Source: an uncultured Chlamydiae bacterium (GTDB lineage: Bacteria > Chlamydiota > Chlamydiia > Chlamydiales > SM23-39). Taken from it: 64,000 nt of DNA. The stretch covers positions 320,001 to 384,000 of the forward strand of contig CAWHDP010000001.1 in NCBI GenBank assembly GCA_963828125.1, given 5' to 3'. The stretch's first letter is position 1; each line of letters opens with the position of its first letter. Of the stretch, positions 39,099 through 49,470 are shown piece by piece. Both the position numbers and the translations under genes were made by a program. The notes beneath the pieces were generated by a model. The model worked only from the letters and a program-made list of their open reading frames with translations. It was not told the origin of the DNA and did no database searches.

Positions 39099-39466
39099 AT
39101 TATCTGAGAAGCTTTTTTTTGAATTTTCTGATCGTATTTTTTATCGATCGAGTCTGTCCTGGCGTAGAGATCGCGGGCTATGAGGAGGTTCCGAATATTG
39201 GCGCTGATATCCTTTTTTCTCTCGTTCTTGGCTTCCTCAATTCCTCCATCTTTTTTTTCTTGGCTCTGCTCGAATTGACCATCAGTGATCTCAAGATGGC
39301 TCTGATCAGTTTTGTCGTCAGTTTTGGGGCCTTTATCCTCATTGGGATCATCCCCTTTGGGGTGAGAGTGGTGAACCCTTGGGGAGTGATCCTCGGCGGC
39401 GGCGTCGTGTGGATTGTCGCAGTTTTGACGAACCACCTCGAATGGAAACATTACAAAAGAATTTAA
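39095..39466 (+). CDS. 4-TM membrane protein, tandem paralogue
   Basis: MNYLRS/MNYLKS, PGVEI, LGFLNSSI shared with the previous gene. Confidence 0.65.
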   Translation: MNYLRSFFLNFLIVFFIDRVCPGVEIAGYEEVPNIGADILFSLVLGFLNSSIFFFLALLELTISDLKMALISFVVSFGAFILIGIIPFGVRVVNPWGVILGGGVVWIVAVLTNHLEWKHYKRI

Positions 39467-39470
39467 TTTT

Positions 39471-39518
39471 ATGAGCCTATCCCCAGATTTTTTGCCCCAC
39501 ACTACCGGATAGGCTCAT
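39471..39518. repeat. Family B palindrome containing the MFS stop codon
   Basis: ATGAGCCTATCC...GGATAGGCTCAT. Confidence 0.9.
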
Positions 39519-40660
39519 TTGTCGATCATAGCGGGGGCAGGCCGCTTGAGGCCGCACACTCCTAGAAGAAGGGAGATGAGCGATAAGAAGTAGAACACCC
39601 CTGCTGCGCCGAATAGATCCATAGCAACTGGGGCAATCAAGGGGCCGACAATCGCCCCGAGGCCATAGGAGAGGACGAATCCCCCTGTGGCGGAAACAAT
39701 TTCCGTCTCTTTCACCCGCTCGCAGGCATAGGCCATGCAGACGGGGTACAAAGTGAAGGCAAAGCCGCCAAATAGCCAAGCGAGGACAAATAGGAGCCAC
39801 GTGGTTGGGGCCCATGCAACCCCCATCGCAAGGCAAGCGGTGGCGAAGCTGATGATTTTGATCACGCGGCGCCTATCTCCCCGATCGGCCCATTTGCCAA
39901 TCGGGAGTTGGAGGCTGAATCCGCCGAAAATCAGCACCGCCATGAAAGTGCCGATCTCTGAGACGCCCATGCCGATTTCTTTTGCGTAAACAGGGACTAG
40001 GCCATAGGTGACTGCCAGCACGATCCCGGAAGCGACTCCCCCGATAAACCCTAATGGGGAGATCCTATAGAGCTGAATCAAGTTGAGCCTCGCGCCGCTC
40101 TCCCCAATTTTGGGTTCGGCGATTTTTTTCATAGATATAGGGAAGATGGAGCAGACGACCAAAAGGGCCGTGATACAGAAGGGAAAAATTCCATTGGGAT
40201 CGGAAAGATCGATCAGGAACTGACCCGACGAGAGAGCCCCATAGAGGACCGCCAGATAGATCGATAGGATTCCGCCCCTCATATTGGGAACGCTTTGCAT
40301 TAAAAGCCAACTCTCTATGACGACAAAGACCCCCGCTGTGCAAATGCCTCCCATAAACCTCAGACAAGACCAGTACCAAGCGTTGAGCCAGAAACTTTGA
40401 CACAGGACAATCGCTGCAAGAGATGCAGCCAGAGCGACAAATGAGCGGATGTGTCCGATTTTCGAGATCCACCGATCGATCCTAAATGAGCCGACCAAGA
40501 TGCCGAGATAAAGGGCTGAGGTGACGACGCCGATCGTTTCCGGGGTGTAACCTGCCATCTCCAGTCGAATCGACACGAATGTATTGAAAAGACCGCTCCC
40601 CATCATCATAAAGAAGAGGCTCAGCAGGGGGGCGGCAACGAGTCGAATCAAAGGCAGCAT
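39515..40660 (-). CDS. MFS transporter (YcaD-like)
   Basis: ~12 TM segments, VIESWL, PIGKWADRGDRR. Confidence 0.9.
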   Translation of the reverse strand: MLPLIRLVAAPLLSLFFMMMGSGLFNTFVSIRLEMAGYTPETIGVVTSALYLGILVGSFRIDRWISKIGHIRSFVALAASLAAIVLCQSFWLNAWYWSCLRFMGGICTAGVFVVIESWLLMQSVPNMRGGILSIYLAVLYGALSSGQFLIDLSDPNGIFPFCITALLVVCSIFPISMKKIAEPKIGESGARLNLIQLYRISPLGFIGGVASGIVLAVTYGLVPVYAKEIGMGVSEIGTFMAVLIFGGFSLQLPIGKWADRGDRRRVIKIISFATACLAMGVAWAPTTWLLFVLAWLFGGFAFTLYPVCMAYACERVKETEIVSATGGFVLSYGLGAIVGPLIAPVAMDLFGAAGVFYFLSLISLLLGVCGLKRPAPAMIDK

Positions 40661-40811
40661 AACTCCATCTACACCACAGAGCCGATTTTCTGCACAGAAA
40701 ATTATTTAAACGTGAGGGGAGCGTTGCTATGCTATAGTAAATATAAACTACTGTTGTTTAGTATTATACGAATTTATTGAATTAAAATACGATGTGTATC
40801 ATAATTAAATT

Positions 40812-43007
40812 ATGAAACATAAAATAAAAGAAACTATCGATGTACAAGATGCAATGGATAATTTAGCTGCCATTGCTAGTATTGATATTGAGAATCCCCC
40901 TCCTCTCGGCATTGTGAAAAAGCACAGGATTGTGACTACCGAGGAGGAGTTCGGCCCTGATACGATCCAGTGGTTAGGCGCTGAGGGAGAGCAATCGATC
41001 ATAGATATTCTAGATCTGACCTATCGCGCTATTCACGCCCATCTTTTAAGGCTGTATGAGAGTGCCGAGATGAATTGGGAGAACGAGAAGAGCCGGAAGG
41101 GGATTGCGGCCATGATGGATCTCGTTGGCGAATCGGCAGATAAAATGGACGCTTTTTTGACCCTTCGGACAGGGAAGAAGCCAGCTGAACCGATTGCGGA
41201 GCTCGAAGAGTTTAAGTTGCTGCAAAAATTTTATTCCCGCCATTTCGTGGCGAAATTTTCAGGCGGCGTAGAAGGGGAGCGGGTTTGGGGAGAAGAGTGG
41301 GAAAAAAATCCGGAGGCGGAGATTCTCGATCTCTCTAAGAGTGGGTTGAAGGATTTTGAGACGGTTCGAAGAGATCTTGAGTATGAGTTATTTTATATTC
41401 GAAATGAGGATGGGAAACCCTATTTTAATGCCGAGCTGCTCCGGAATATCAAGCTGAGCTGCGATTTTGATTTGGATGGGGAGTCGTTTGAAGAGGATCC
41501 TCTCTTAAAAATCAGGGCGATGCAAGATCGGGATCTTCATGCCTCTGCGGCGCAGATTTTAGGGGAGTGCCATTTAGCCATTGCCGATTATTACAAGATC
41601 GCCCGCAAAATCGAAGGCAATGAATTTGGTCAATCGCTCGGGATGGCGATCATCGCCCTTTTCATCGCTGCAAATCCCCGTCATCTTGTTCAAAACACGA
41701 TGGGGAAAAGCTGTCTGCAGTATTTTGATGATTTTCACTGGTTTCTCCGAAGAGCGATGAAGACCTCTGAATATCAAAAATTGATCGCCTATCCGCCCGA
41801 TGCGACTGATAAAGCGTCTCAGCTTCTCCTCTATCTCGTTCACGCTCTTTCGAAGAGCTTTTTTGAGCGGGTCGGAGGAGTGAAACTAGAATCGATCGGG
41901 TTGATTCATCGGGCGATGCGCCGAGGCGAAGAGATTAAGCAAAAAGAGCAAAAGCATATTTTGAAGGGCGAGACAGTTTGGAATCAATTTTTGCTCGACG
42001 ATGAAAAATTCCGGACGCTTCTTGCCAAATTCCCAAACGGACCTCTATTCAAAATTCTCGATTTGATTCGGGAGGAGCAAGAGGAAGATGTGGGCGTCCC
42101 ATTCGATCCAATCGGTCAAGAAAATCTCCCTTCCCGCCTTTATGAACTACAGAGAAAAGGGAAAAAAATCGATATCCTTCGGCTTCCGTCGCCGACCCGC
42201 CAATCGCTCATTCACAAAGTCGAGGTGATCGAGGAGTTTCGCGGATTTCTCCGCTCTTTAACGCAAGAGAGTCCCGTCAGACGGCATCTGATCATCAATT
42301 TACAGGATCGGACTTCATGGAGAGAATATGCCCGGAGCCGATCTCTGGAAACGCTCCAGATGAACGCCGAATTCAATCATCAATTGATTGTAATGACTCT
42401 TCCCAAAGATACCGATTTTTACCATCAGAGCAATGAATATCTCAATCTGAATAAGGCGGACGATTTCTTAAAGGCGTTTTTAGAACAATTAGCAACACCT
42501 GAAGAGTGCGGCTATTTTTTCCCGCCCCAACTGAAGAAGACCGAGTTTACCCGCTTTGCCGAAATGGTCCTGCCCGCCATCCACGAACTGTTTTTTCACA
42601 ATAAAAATACTCTGACTCGCCGGAATCGGGAAGATTTGATTGAGATTTTTTATCAGTTTTTGATTTTGAAATGCATCGACATGGTCGAGCCGAATTCGGT
42701 CAGCTTTACGTGCAAAGACGCGATCGACGCCGGCGCTGCCGCAAGCGGCACGTTTTATGGATTTATCAAGCGGCTCACTTCAGATTTTTCTTCCAAAGAG
42801 GAGTTTGATTTTCTCCGCTGGCTTCTCTACACTCCCGCCCTTTTCATCCGAGAGCGGGCTATCGATGCCGAGCGGTTCAATAGGGCGGTTTCAGCCCTGG
42901 AGCGGATCGATAGCGAGATGGCCGAACAAGGGAAAATGATCTCGCAGACATTCGGTGAGTTTTACCATCCTCAAACTCTTAAAACTCTAGAAGTTAAGCA
43001 CTTATAG
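40812..43007 (+). CDS. Large hypothetical protein with a degenerate CX5R-like loop
   Basis: 731-aa ORF; SFTCKDAIDAG. Confidence 0.8.
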   Translation: MKHKIKETIDVQDAMDNLAAIASIDIENPPPLGIVKKHRIVTTEEEFGPDTIQWLGAEGEQSIIDILDLTYRAIHAHLLRLYESAEMNWENEKSRKGIAAMMDLVGESADKMDAFLTLRTGKKPAEPIAELEEFKLLQKFYSRHFVAKFSGGVEGERVWGEEWEKNPEAEILDLSKSGLKDFETVRRDLEYELFYIRNEDGKPYFNAELLRNIKLSCDFDLDGESFEEDPLLKIRAMQDRDLHASAAQILGECHLAIADYYKIARKIEGNEFGQSLGMAIIALFIAANPRHLVQNTMGKSCLQYFDDFHWFLRRAMKTSEYQKLIAYPPDATDKASQLLLYLVHALSKSFFERVGGVKLESIGLIHRAMRRGEEIKQKEQKHILKGETVWNQFLLDDEKFRTLLAKFPNGPLFKILDLIREEQEEDVGVPFDPIGQENLPSRLYELQRKGKKIDILRLPSPTRQSLIHKVEVIEEFRGFLRSLTQESPVRRHLIINLQDRTSWREYARSRSLETLQMNAEFNHQLIVMTLPKDTDFYHQSNEYLNLNKADDFLKAFLEQLATPEECGYFFPPQLKKTEFTRFAEMVLPAIHELFFHNKNTLTRRNREDLIEIFYQFLILKCIDMVEPNSVSFTCKDAIDAGAAASGTFYGFIKRLTSDFSSKEEFDFLRWLLYTPALFIRERAIDAERFNRAVSALERIDSEMAEQGKMISQTFGEFYHPQTLKTLEVKHL

Positions 43008-43036
43008 ATGGATCCTCCATAATAAAATTGGCTCGC

Positions 43037-43080
43037 TGCGGGCTAGGGTGCGCAAGCGGTGAGAAATGGCCAATGTCCAG
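43037..43080. repeat. Partial family C end plus family D end
   Basis: TGCGGGCTAGGGTGC...GAGAAATGGCCAATGTCCAG, reverse-complement-like to 31910-31952. Confidence 0.75.
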
Positions 43081-43215
43081 CTACGGTTCGATTGAGCAAT
43101 GTTTATGAAAAATGACCCTGTTTGACCCAGTTTTGAAGAGCGGTTGCTTGAAAAAGCGAGAAGTGGCACACTAGCTCGTCCTTACTCTCATACAGAGCAA
43201 ACTGGAGGTGCATCT

Positions 43216-44649
43216 ATGCATAAGACGCAAAAAATTGGATGGGCTTTTCTGATAGGAGTGCTTTTGGCATTCCCTCTGGGCGCCTATGCTGGATCCGCTC
43301 ATCAGCCTGTTTCCACGGAACCAGCGCAGCCGATTGTGCTATTCAAGGCGTCTGGGGTCGAATGGGTTCGGAAGTGTGTTGATCAATATCCCGAAATTCT
43401 CTGGTTAGCGGACGCCAAAGTGCGCAAGACGGAAGAGGGGGTTGCTACTCTGCAAGGCGCTTATTCAGAGCAACTGTTTGGTCAGAAATTCATAGAGTTT
43501 GATCGAACGATCATGACTCTTCATTGTTTGCAGTTGGTTCTCGATGGTAGCGATAAGGCGTACCAAGAATTTACTGCGGCACAACCTGAAAACGGAAAGC
43601 TCTCAAAGGAAAGTTTTAATAAACTGCATCTGCAGGGTGTGAGCTTGCTTCAGTCGAAATATCAAGGAATGTCCAAATTGGAAATGATGCAGGCTATGGA
43701 AGCCTCGCTTGTGCTTGGTGATATAGGGAAAAGTGAACAGGCGAGGGCTGTGTTTAAACCGTATGGAGCCGGAGCACCTGATCATGATGATTTTCATGGT
43801 GAGGTTATGCAGATTCTGCAAAAAAATCCTAGGCTTTGCCCGACTTTTGCTCTCCTGACTCCAGCGGCTAAAAAACTTCTTCTTCAGTCAGCAAATTTGG
43901 CTCACTATGGACACATTACCCATCTCGAAGGCGGCCCCGCTATGTTTGCGCATTTGAAACAAAGTGGTGTGGCAGTAGATTCCCCAGTGGCTTTGTCTTT
44001 TGATCTGTTCGTTCATACTTGTGATGTGGCGGGAGCTTTGGGCCATGTGAATAACCAATCTTCTTTGGTTTATACGGAACTTGTCTCTCGCGCGATGCAG
44101 GGAATGACAGACGCTTGTAAAGTGCTCGGCGATCCAACCAAAACGGAAATCGATGCTTACGATGCCTACCTGGCGCTCCGAGCTCATTGGCTTGGGTTAG
44201 ATCCTCAAGATCGCACTTGTCGCGCTCTGGCGAGAATGGGAGCTATGCTCCGCTTGTTTACTCCCGAAGAGGGCCTAATTTTGAAACAGGCTGTTTCAAA
44301 GTTGGATCCTGATATACAGGCTCGAATGATTGCTCAATTGGATCTGCGGGATGGCAGAGAGTTTGGACGTACCCCAACATATATGCCTGCTGTGCTTGTG
44401 AACCTCGCAAATAACCCTGAGTTGGGCCCTTCAAAAGAAGAGAGGCTGTCACAGGCGGTGATTTTAGGGCTGCCGTTTGTTGCTCGCGTTTTGGAAAAAC
44501 ATAAGCAGAACCTGGCGGATCATACAGCAGATCCTACTATCCCCCTAAACTTCAATAAAGCTGCAGGAACAGCAAAAAATGCTCCTCATACACTTGCAGG
44601 GGCGTTCAGTATAGATTTGGAGGGGAATGTATGCATTTCTGGGCATTAA
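43216..44649 (+). CDS. Exported hypothetical protein, possibly HD-fold-like
   Basis: GGAGG RBS, signal peptide ending AYA, LGDIGK, DHDDFH. Confidence 0.75.
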   Translation: MHKTQKIGWAFLIGVLLAFPLGAYAGSAHQPVSTEPAQPIVLFKASGVEWVRKCVDQYPEILWLADAKVRKTEEGVATLQGAYSEQLFGQKFIEFDRTIMTLHCLQLVLDGSDKAYQEFTAAQPENGKLSKESFNKLHLQGVSLLQSKYQGMSKLEMMQAMEASLVLGDIGKSEQARAVFKPYGAGAPDHDDFHGEVMQILQKNPRLCPTFALLTPAAKKLLLQSANLAHYGHITHLEGGPAMFAHLKQSGVAVDSPVALSFDLFVHTCDVAGALGHVNNQSSLVYTELVSRAMQGMTDACKVLGDPTKTEIDAYDAYLALRAHWLGLDPQDRTCRALARMGAMLRLFTPEEGLILKQAVSKLDPDIQARMIAQLDLRDGREFGRTPTYMPAVLVNLANNPELGPSKEERLSQAVILGLPFVARVLEKHKQNLADHTADPTIPLNFNKAAGTAKNAPHTLAGAFSIDLEGNVCISGH

Positions 44650-44690
44650 ATTCTCTTGCATCGGATGCGCTATCATCGCTTTAGGCTTGA

Positions 44691-44738
44691 TATACTGCGG
44701 CCACCCCAAATTCACACTTTTGGGGTGGCCGCAGTATA
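44691..44738. repeat. Family A palindrome
   Basis: TATACTGCGGCCACCCCAAA-TTCACACT-TTTGGGGTGGCCGCAGTATA, 20-bp perfect arms. Confidence 0.95.
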
Positions 44739-44927
44739 ACTGTCAATCAGAGAGGGAAGTATAGCAAAACAGCGAAAAAAAAATAGCTTTGTGTTTATCA
44801 TCGAAAGTGATGAAGAACATGTGGTCAGCTAGTTTATATAGATAAATCGATGCGAATTTTTCATTCATTTACGCAATTTTTACGCAGTAGACTGAATGAA
44901 ACCGGATTAAAATTCTCGAAAGGCCTT

Positions 44928-46085
44928 CTATTTTCCATCAAGGTGAGGCAGAAAGCCCTTGTCTCCCAGCACCTTCATGATGCCTCGAAGCAAGTAGTTG
45001 TCTCCGAAACTGATAACGTAGTCTTTGAAGCCGATGCGTTGAAGCATTTTCTTATCCACAAGCCTCTTGATTTGTCGAGATAATTCTGCGCCGTGCTTTC
45101 CTTGAAAAATCTCTTTTAAGTCACTCGATTGGATCGTTTTTTTCTCGATAGCCATTCTCAATATTTTTGCTTCGACATCGGTGATATACTTTCTTTCGAG
45201 AGAAAGATTGATCGTGGGCACCAAAATTTCCTTGGCCAGATAGTCATAGTCGAGAAGCTTGTCGATTTTTTCGATCTCCTCTTTTAGACCACGGAGTACG
45301 TATTCACACCAAGCTAGAATGCCCGATTTTTCTCCAGTATCAGCCTGCTCGAGGTACTTGTAGTAATTATTTCGGTGATTACAGAAAACGGCCGTAGGGT
45401 TGATGATTCTCCCTACGTTTACATTGAAGCCGAGCTTGATTAACATTGCGTAAGTGAATAAACGTACTGTCCGTCCGTTGCCATTGCCAAATGGATGTAT
45501 CCATACGAATCGATGGTGAGCAATCGCTGTTTTTAACAGATCGAATTTTGCGCTGCTGTCCCGATTGATGAAATCAAATAATTCATTCATATATTCATCA
45601 ACGAGCACCCACTCTGGCGGTAGATGCTTAGATTTTGTGATTTGTAAATTTGACTTCCTGTATTGACCTGGAGTTTTATCTCCCTCCCCATTTGGCGAAG
45701 TAGGTAATCCCTCGACAACTATTCTATGAATTTCACTGACAAAAGCTCGATTGATCGGATGCTTTTTTACGTTATTTTCAATGAAATCCATGGCGCTTTC
45801 GATGTTTTGGATCTCTTTGACTCCCATAGGCACATCGACCTTCTCCTCCAACTTGGTCTCTATATACTCAAGAAGCGAGGTGTTGTTTCCCTCTATGCGA
45901 GCTGAGCCGATACTCTCGAGTATATGGAAAATGCTCTTGAGATTGAAAAAAACCTGGGGGGGAGTCGTCCCACCTAAACGTTGTTTTCGAAGATGATTCA
46001 AATCGATAATAAGGTCTGTCAGAGGAGAGTCAAAAGCGGGCTCTATCAAGGTCAAGTCATAGTGTTTAAATTCGGCCTTTGTCAT
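44928..46085 (-). CDS. Fic-domain protein (class II, N-terminal inhibitory motif)
   Basis: HPFGNGNGRTVR; SARIEGN. Confidence 0.93.
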   Translation of the reverse strand: MTKAEFKHYDLTLIEPAFDSPLTDLIIDLNHLRKQRLGGTTPPQVFFNLKSIFHILESIGSARIEGNNTSLLEYIETKLEEKVDVPMGVKEIQNIESAMDFIENNVKKHPINRAFVSEIHRIVVEGLPTSPNGEGDKTPGQYRKSNLQITKSKHLPPEWVLVDEYMNELFDFINRDSSAKFDLLKTAIAHHRFVWIHPFGNGNGRTVRLFTYAMLIKLGFNVNVGRIINPTAVFCNHRNNYYKYLEQADTGEKSGILAWCEYVLRGLKEEIEKIDKLLDYDYLAKEILVPTINLSLERKYITDVEAKILRMAIEKKTIQSSDLKEIFQGKHGAELSRQIKRLVDKKMLQRIGFKDYVISFGDNYLLRGIMKVLGDKGFLPHLDGK

Positions 46086-46535
46086 TTAACATCCCTTTCC
46101 TTCGATCTTTAACATTCGTAGCGTCAAAAGTTTAACGCAAGATATTGTAAGTGTCTTAAAAACAGCTGAATACGATTATATCCAAGGATATGAATTTTAA
46201 CAACGCGTTTTTTGGATATTTAGCATCGCCCTCTGGAATCCTTGCGGCAGGAGGTAGTGTAACATGCTTATCAGCGTAAGAAGTGCGTAATTTATCCATG
46301 ACAATATCTAATTATCGTTGAATATGAACCTATCTCTGTATACTTATTCAAATCTTAACAATGGTCATTTTTGGGCAAACAAAAAACAGGATGCACAAGA
46401 TCAGGCATGATGCACAGGATGCAGGGAAGCCCTGCATCCCAAAAATATTAAATTATCCTTTGCATCATGCCGCTTGCGATCATGCATATCCCGTTCCTTG
46501 TATTGGTTATCAGACAATTGCAACTAAAGTTAATA

Positions 46536-46883
46536 TCATGTTAAGAATGAGGAGATAGACTCATCCGTTAGGCTCTCTCTATTAAGCAACTTCCCAGGTA
46601 GAAATTCCATAAGAATAGCCCCATGAAGGTCATCCTTTGGAGAAATCTGCTGAATAATGCGGGGAGTCGGAATCTTCCCATGAAAATGATTCAAAAAATA
46701 GGCTTCTCGGAAGTAGTCGCCAGCGCGAGAACAGATTTTTAAAATGAACTCTTCGCCATTGGGCTGGGTGACTTTAAAAACCGTCGCAACCATTGTATCT
46801 TCATGGTCAATTAGGGCGAAATGAGCCTTTTGAAAATTCATCCGTCCTTTGTACACGGAAATAAGGGGATCAGTTTCTTTCAT
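46536..46883 (-). pseudogene. Truncated aminoglycoside phosphotransferase-like gene
   Basis: N-lobe only (FILKI, REAYFL, ILMEFLPG); no HGD or DF motifs. Confidence 0.75.
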
Positions 46884-48661
46884 GAGGGTATCTCAGGTAA
46901 GAAGCCTCCTACCTGCATATTCCACATGAGAGCGTATAGTCCTCCCTTGCCCATCAAAGAAGCATGCGTGCCTTCTTCTACAATCTTTCCTTGATCAAAT
47001 ACCAAAATCCGATCCATACGAGAGAGCGTTGAAAGACGATGTGCAATCACAATCGTAGTTCGATTTTGCATGAGTTTTTCGAGACTATCCTGGATGTATT
47101 TCTCTGTGACAGAGTCCAAAGAAGAAGTAGCTTCATCCAAAATGAGAATGGGAGCATCTACGAGGATTGCCCGAGCAATGGCAATTCTTTGCTTTTCTCC
47201 CCCAGAGAGTTTTGTCCCTCTCTCTCCGACTTTTGCTTCATAACCAGCTGGAATATTGTGAATAAATTCATCGCAGTGTGCTAACTTAGCCGCAGTAAAA
47301 ATCTCTGCTTCTGTTGCTTCAGGCTTTCCGTAAGATATGTTTTCACGTAGTGTTCTGTGAAATAGCACAGGATCTTGGGGAATCAATGCAATTTGGCGTC
47401 GCAAGGACTCTAAAGTTATATCTGCTATATTCTGCCCATCGATGAAAATCTTGCCACCATGCAATGGGAAAAATCGTAGAATGAGGCTAATGAAAGTGGA
47501 TTTTCCAGCTCCCGTAAACCCCACTAAACCGATTTTTTCTCCTCCGCGGATATGGGCCTGTTTGTTGGAGAAGAGTTTTTTCTCTCCGTAATGGAATGAC
47601 ACATTTTCAAAAACGATTTCGCCGTCTTGGATTTTTAATTCTTTAGCATCAGGCTTATCTCCCATGTCTTGGGGATCAAGCATCACAGAATAGGCTTGTT
47701 TTGCTATGCCAAAGGACTGGAAGAAAGCAGGTAAAGCTCCACCTACAGCCCACATGACTGCTGCAATGTTCCACATAGTACCGAAGACTTGGGCGACTTC
47801 TCCTGTCGTGATTTGGTGCTGAAGCCATAAATAGATGACGAATCCGTTGATTCCTATAAAACAGATAGTGGCATAAAAGAGTGATGTAACGCTGCGCATT
47901 TTTTCGACATATCTTCTAGCCGAAATATTTGTTCTCTCTTCTTCATTCTGGTAGGGAATCAATGCGTTTTTTTCAAATTTAAATCGATAGAACAGATTAA
48001 CAGCAAAATAGTTGGTCAGGCTATCGACGATTTTCCCCAGAAGGGTACTACGCGATTCACCATGCCGATGCTCATATAAATCGCATGTCCTACTGAACAT
48101 CAAGCAGATGCTCAAATGGACAACAATCCATAAAAGCAAGATTCCTGAGAGGATTGGGTGGACAAACCAAAGGAAAATCGCACCAAAGAGAGACATAGCA
48201 ATAGAGGAAACAATAGGCCAAAACAGCTGTTGAAGAATCGATTCAACCGCAGTGGTCATGTCTGTGATTTTATTTGCTAAACTTCCAGCAAATCGTTCAT
48301 TAAAATAGTGTGGAGAATGTTCTTGAACATGATCAAACATCGTCATGCGGATATCGGCTTGCAACCTAGGGATTGCTTTTGCCATGAGAAAACCCATAGA
48401 GCGAGAATTGATTTCGGTAAAGATAATAAGGCAAATACTTATGATCATCGGCGCTTGAAGAGATTCCCAGGCGAGTGCACGATTTACTTCATTTTGAGTG
48501 AAAATATCGATCACCCACCGCAAGATAAATGGCCAAAGGAGAGAATCCAATGTATTTATACAGTCTTGGATAAAAATAGAAGAAAAGGTCCACCTTTGCT
48601 TCCTGATAAATTTCCAAAAGAAGCCAATTAATTCCTTGTAAGAGACTATTTTTTGGTGCAT
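46880..48661 (-). CDS. ABC transporter, fused permease/ATPase (ABCB type)
   Basis: 6 TM segments, GFTGAGKST, LSGGEKQR, ILDEATS, AHRLST. Confidence 0.95.
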   Translation of the reverse strand: MHQKIVSYKELIGFFWKFIRKQRWTFSSIFIQDCINTLDSLLWPFILRWVIDIFTQNEVNRALAWESLQAPMIISICLIIFTEINSRSMGFLMAKAIPRLQADIRMTMFDHVQEHSPHYFNERFAGSLANKITDMTTAVESILQQLFWPIVSSIAMSLFGAIFLWFVHPILSGILLLWIVVHLSICLMFSRTCDLYEHRHGESRSTLLGKIVDSLTNYFAVNLFYRFKFEKNALIPYQNEEERTNISARRYVEKMRSVTSLFYATICFIGINGFVIYLWLQHQITTGEVAQVFGTMWNIAAVMWAVGGALPAFFQSFGIAKQAYSVMLDPQDMGDKPDAKELKIQDGEIVFENVSFHYGEKKLFSNKQAHIRGGEKIGLVGFTGAGKSTFISLILRFFPLHGGKIFIDGQNIADITLESLRRQIALIPQDPVLFHRTLRENISYGKPEATEAEIFTAAKLAHCDEFIHNIPAGYEAKVGERGTKLSGGEKQRIAIARAILVDAPILILDEATSSLDSVTEKYIQDSLEKLMQNRTTIVIAHRLSTLSRMDRILVFDQGKIVEEGTHASLMGKGGLYALMWNMQVGGFLPEIPS

Positions 48662-48864
48662 AAATACTTCCCCATCGCTCGATCATCTGGATGAGTAGGC
48701 TCTCCATCTGGATTATTAAAGGGCATCTCGGTATAATCAAGCCTTTTATAAAAGAGATAGGCATTTGGTGAAGCTTCTGTTTGAAGAAGTACTATTCCCT
48801 GTTTTTTGAGTACCTCTTCGCAACAATCCATAATACAGTGTGGGGTGATAAACGAGGTCATCAA
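48646..48864 (-). pseudogene. C-terminal GNAT fragment
   Basis: LQTEASPNAYLFYKRLDY; lacks motif A. Confidence 0.6.
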
Positions 48865-49470
48865 TCATTTCCTTTGGCTCTTTTTCCATTCATTTTGCTT
48901 GAGACGATAGAGAACATGCCTTTGTAATTTATGACCTTCTGGAAGCTTAGGATGATCGAAATCATCTCCCGGATCGTGACGCATGCCTATTTTTTCCATA
49001 ATGCGTCTGGAACGCATGTTTTGCATAGCCGTAAAGGAAACAATCTCATCTAGATTCAAAGTTTCAAACCCATATGTCAGGGCGGCTTTTGCGCCTTCTG
49101 TTGCGTATCCTTTGCCCCAGTAGTCGATGGCGAGCCTCCAACCTATCTCAACGGCAGGTATAAAATGTGCTTGGCAATAGACGTCTTCCAAGCCAATAAA
49201 CCCAATGAATTCATCAGATGCCATCAGGGAAACCGCCCAAAATCCCCATCCGAACCTGTTGATATGCCCAGACATGAGCTTGATGGATCGTTCGCATTCT
49301 TCGCGACTCATCAGGCCAGGGAAAAATTCCCTGACTTTAGAATCAGCATTCATCTTTACAAACGGTTCCAGATCCTCTTCTCTCCATTGGCGAAGGACAA
49401 GTCTTTCTGTTTTAATGATTGCATTTTTTGTCATAGGGTTCATAAAGAGCATGTTAGCATGTTTGTCCAA
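48865..49470 (-). CDS. RimJ/RimL-type GNAT acetyltransferase
   Basis: TERLVLR, EIGWRL, WGKGYATE, SRRIMEKIGM. Confidence 0.92.
   Translation of the reverse strand: MDKHANMLFMNPMTKNAIIKTERLVLRQWREEDLEPFVKMNADSKVREFFPGLMSREECERSIKLMSGHINRFGWGFWAVSLMASDEFIGFIGLEDVYCQAHFIPAVEIGWRLAIDYWGKGYATEGAKAALTYGFETLNLDEIVSFTAMQNMRSRRIMEKIGMRHDPGDDFDHPKLPEGHKLQRHVLYRLKQNEWKKSQRK

Noticed and set aside
38706..39466. Prophage lysis cassette
   Set aside because: No endolysin or other phage genes nearby; the holin-like pair sits among housekeeping genes
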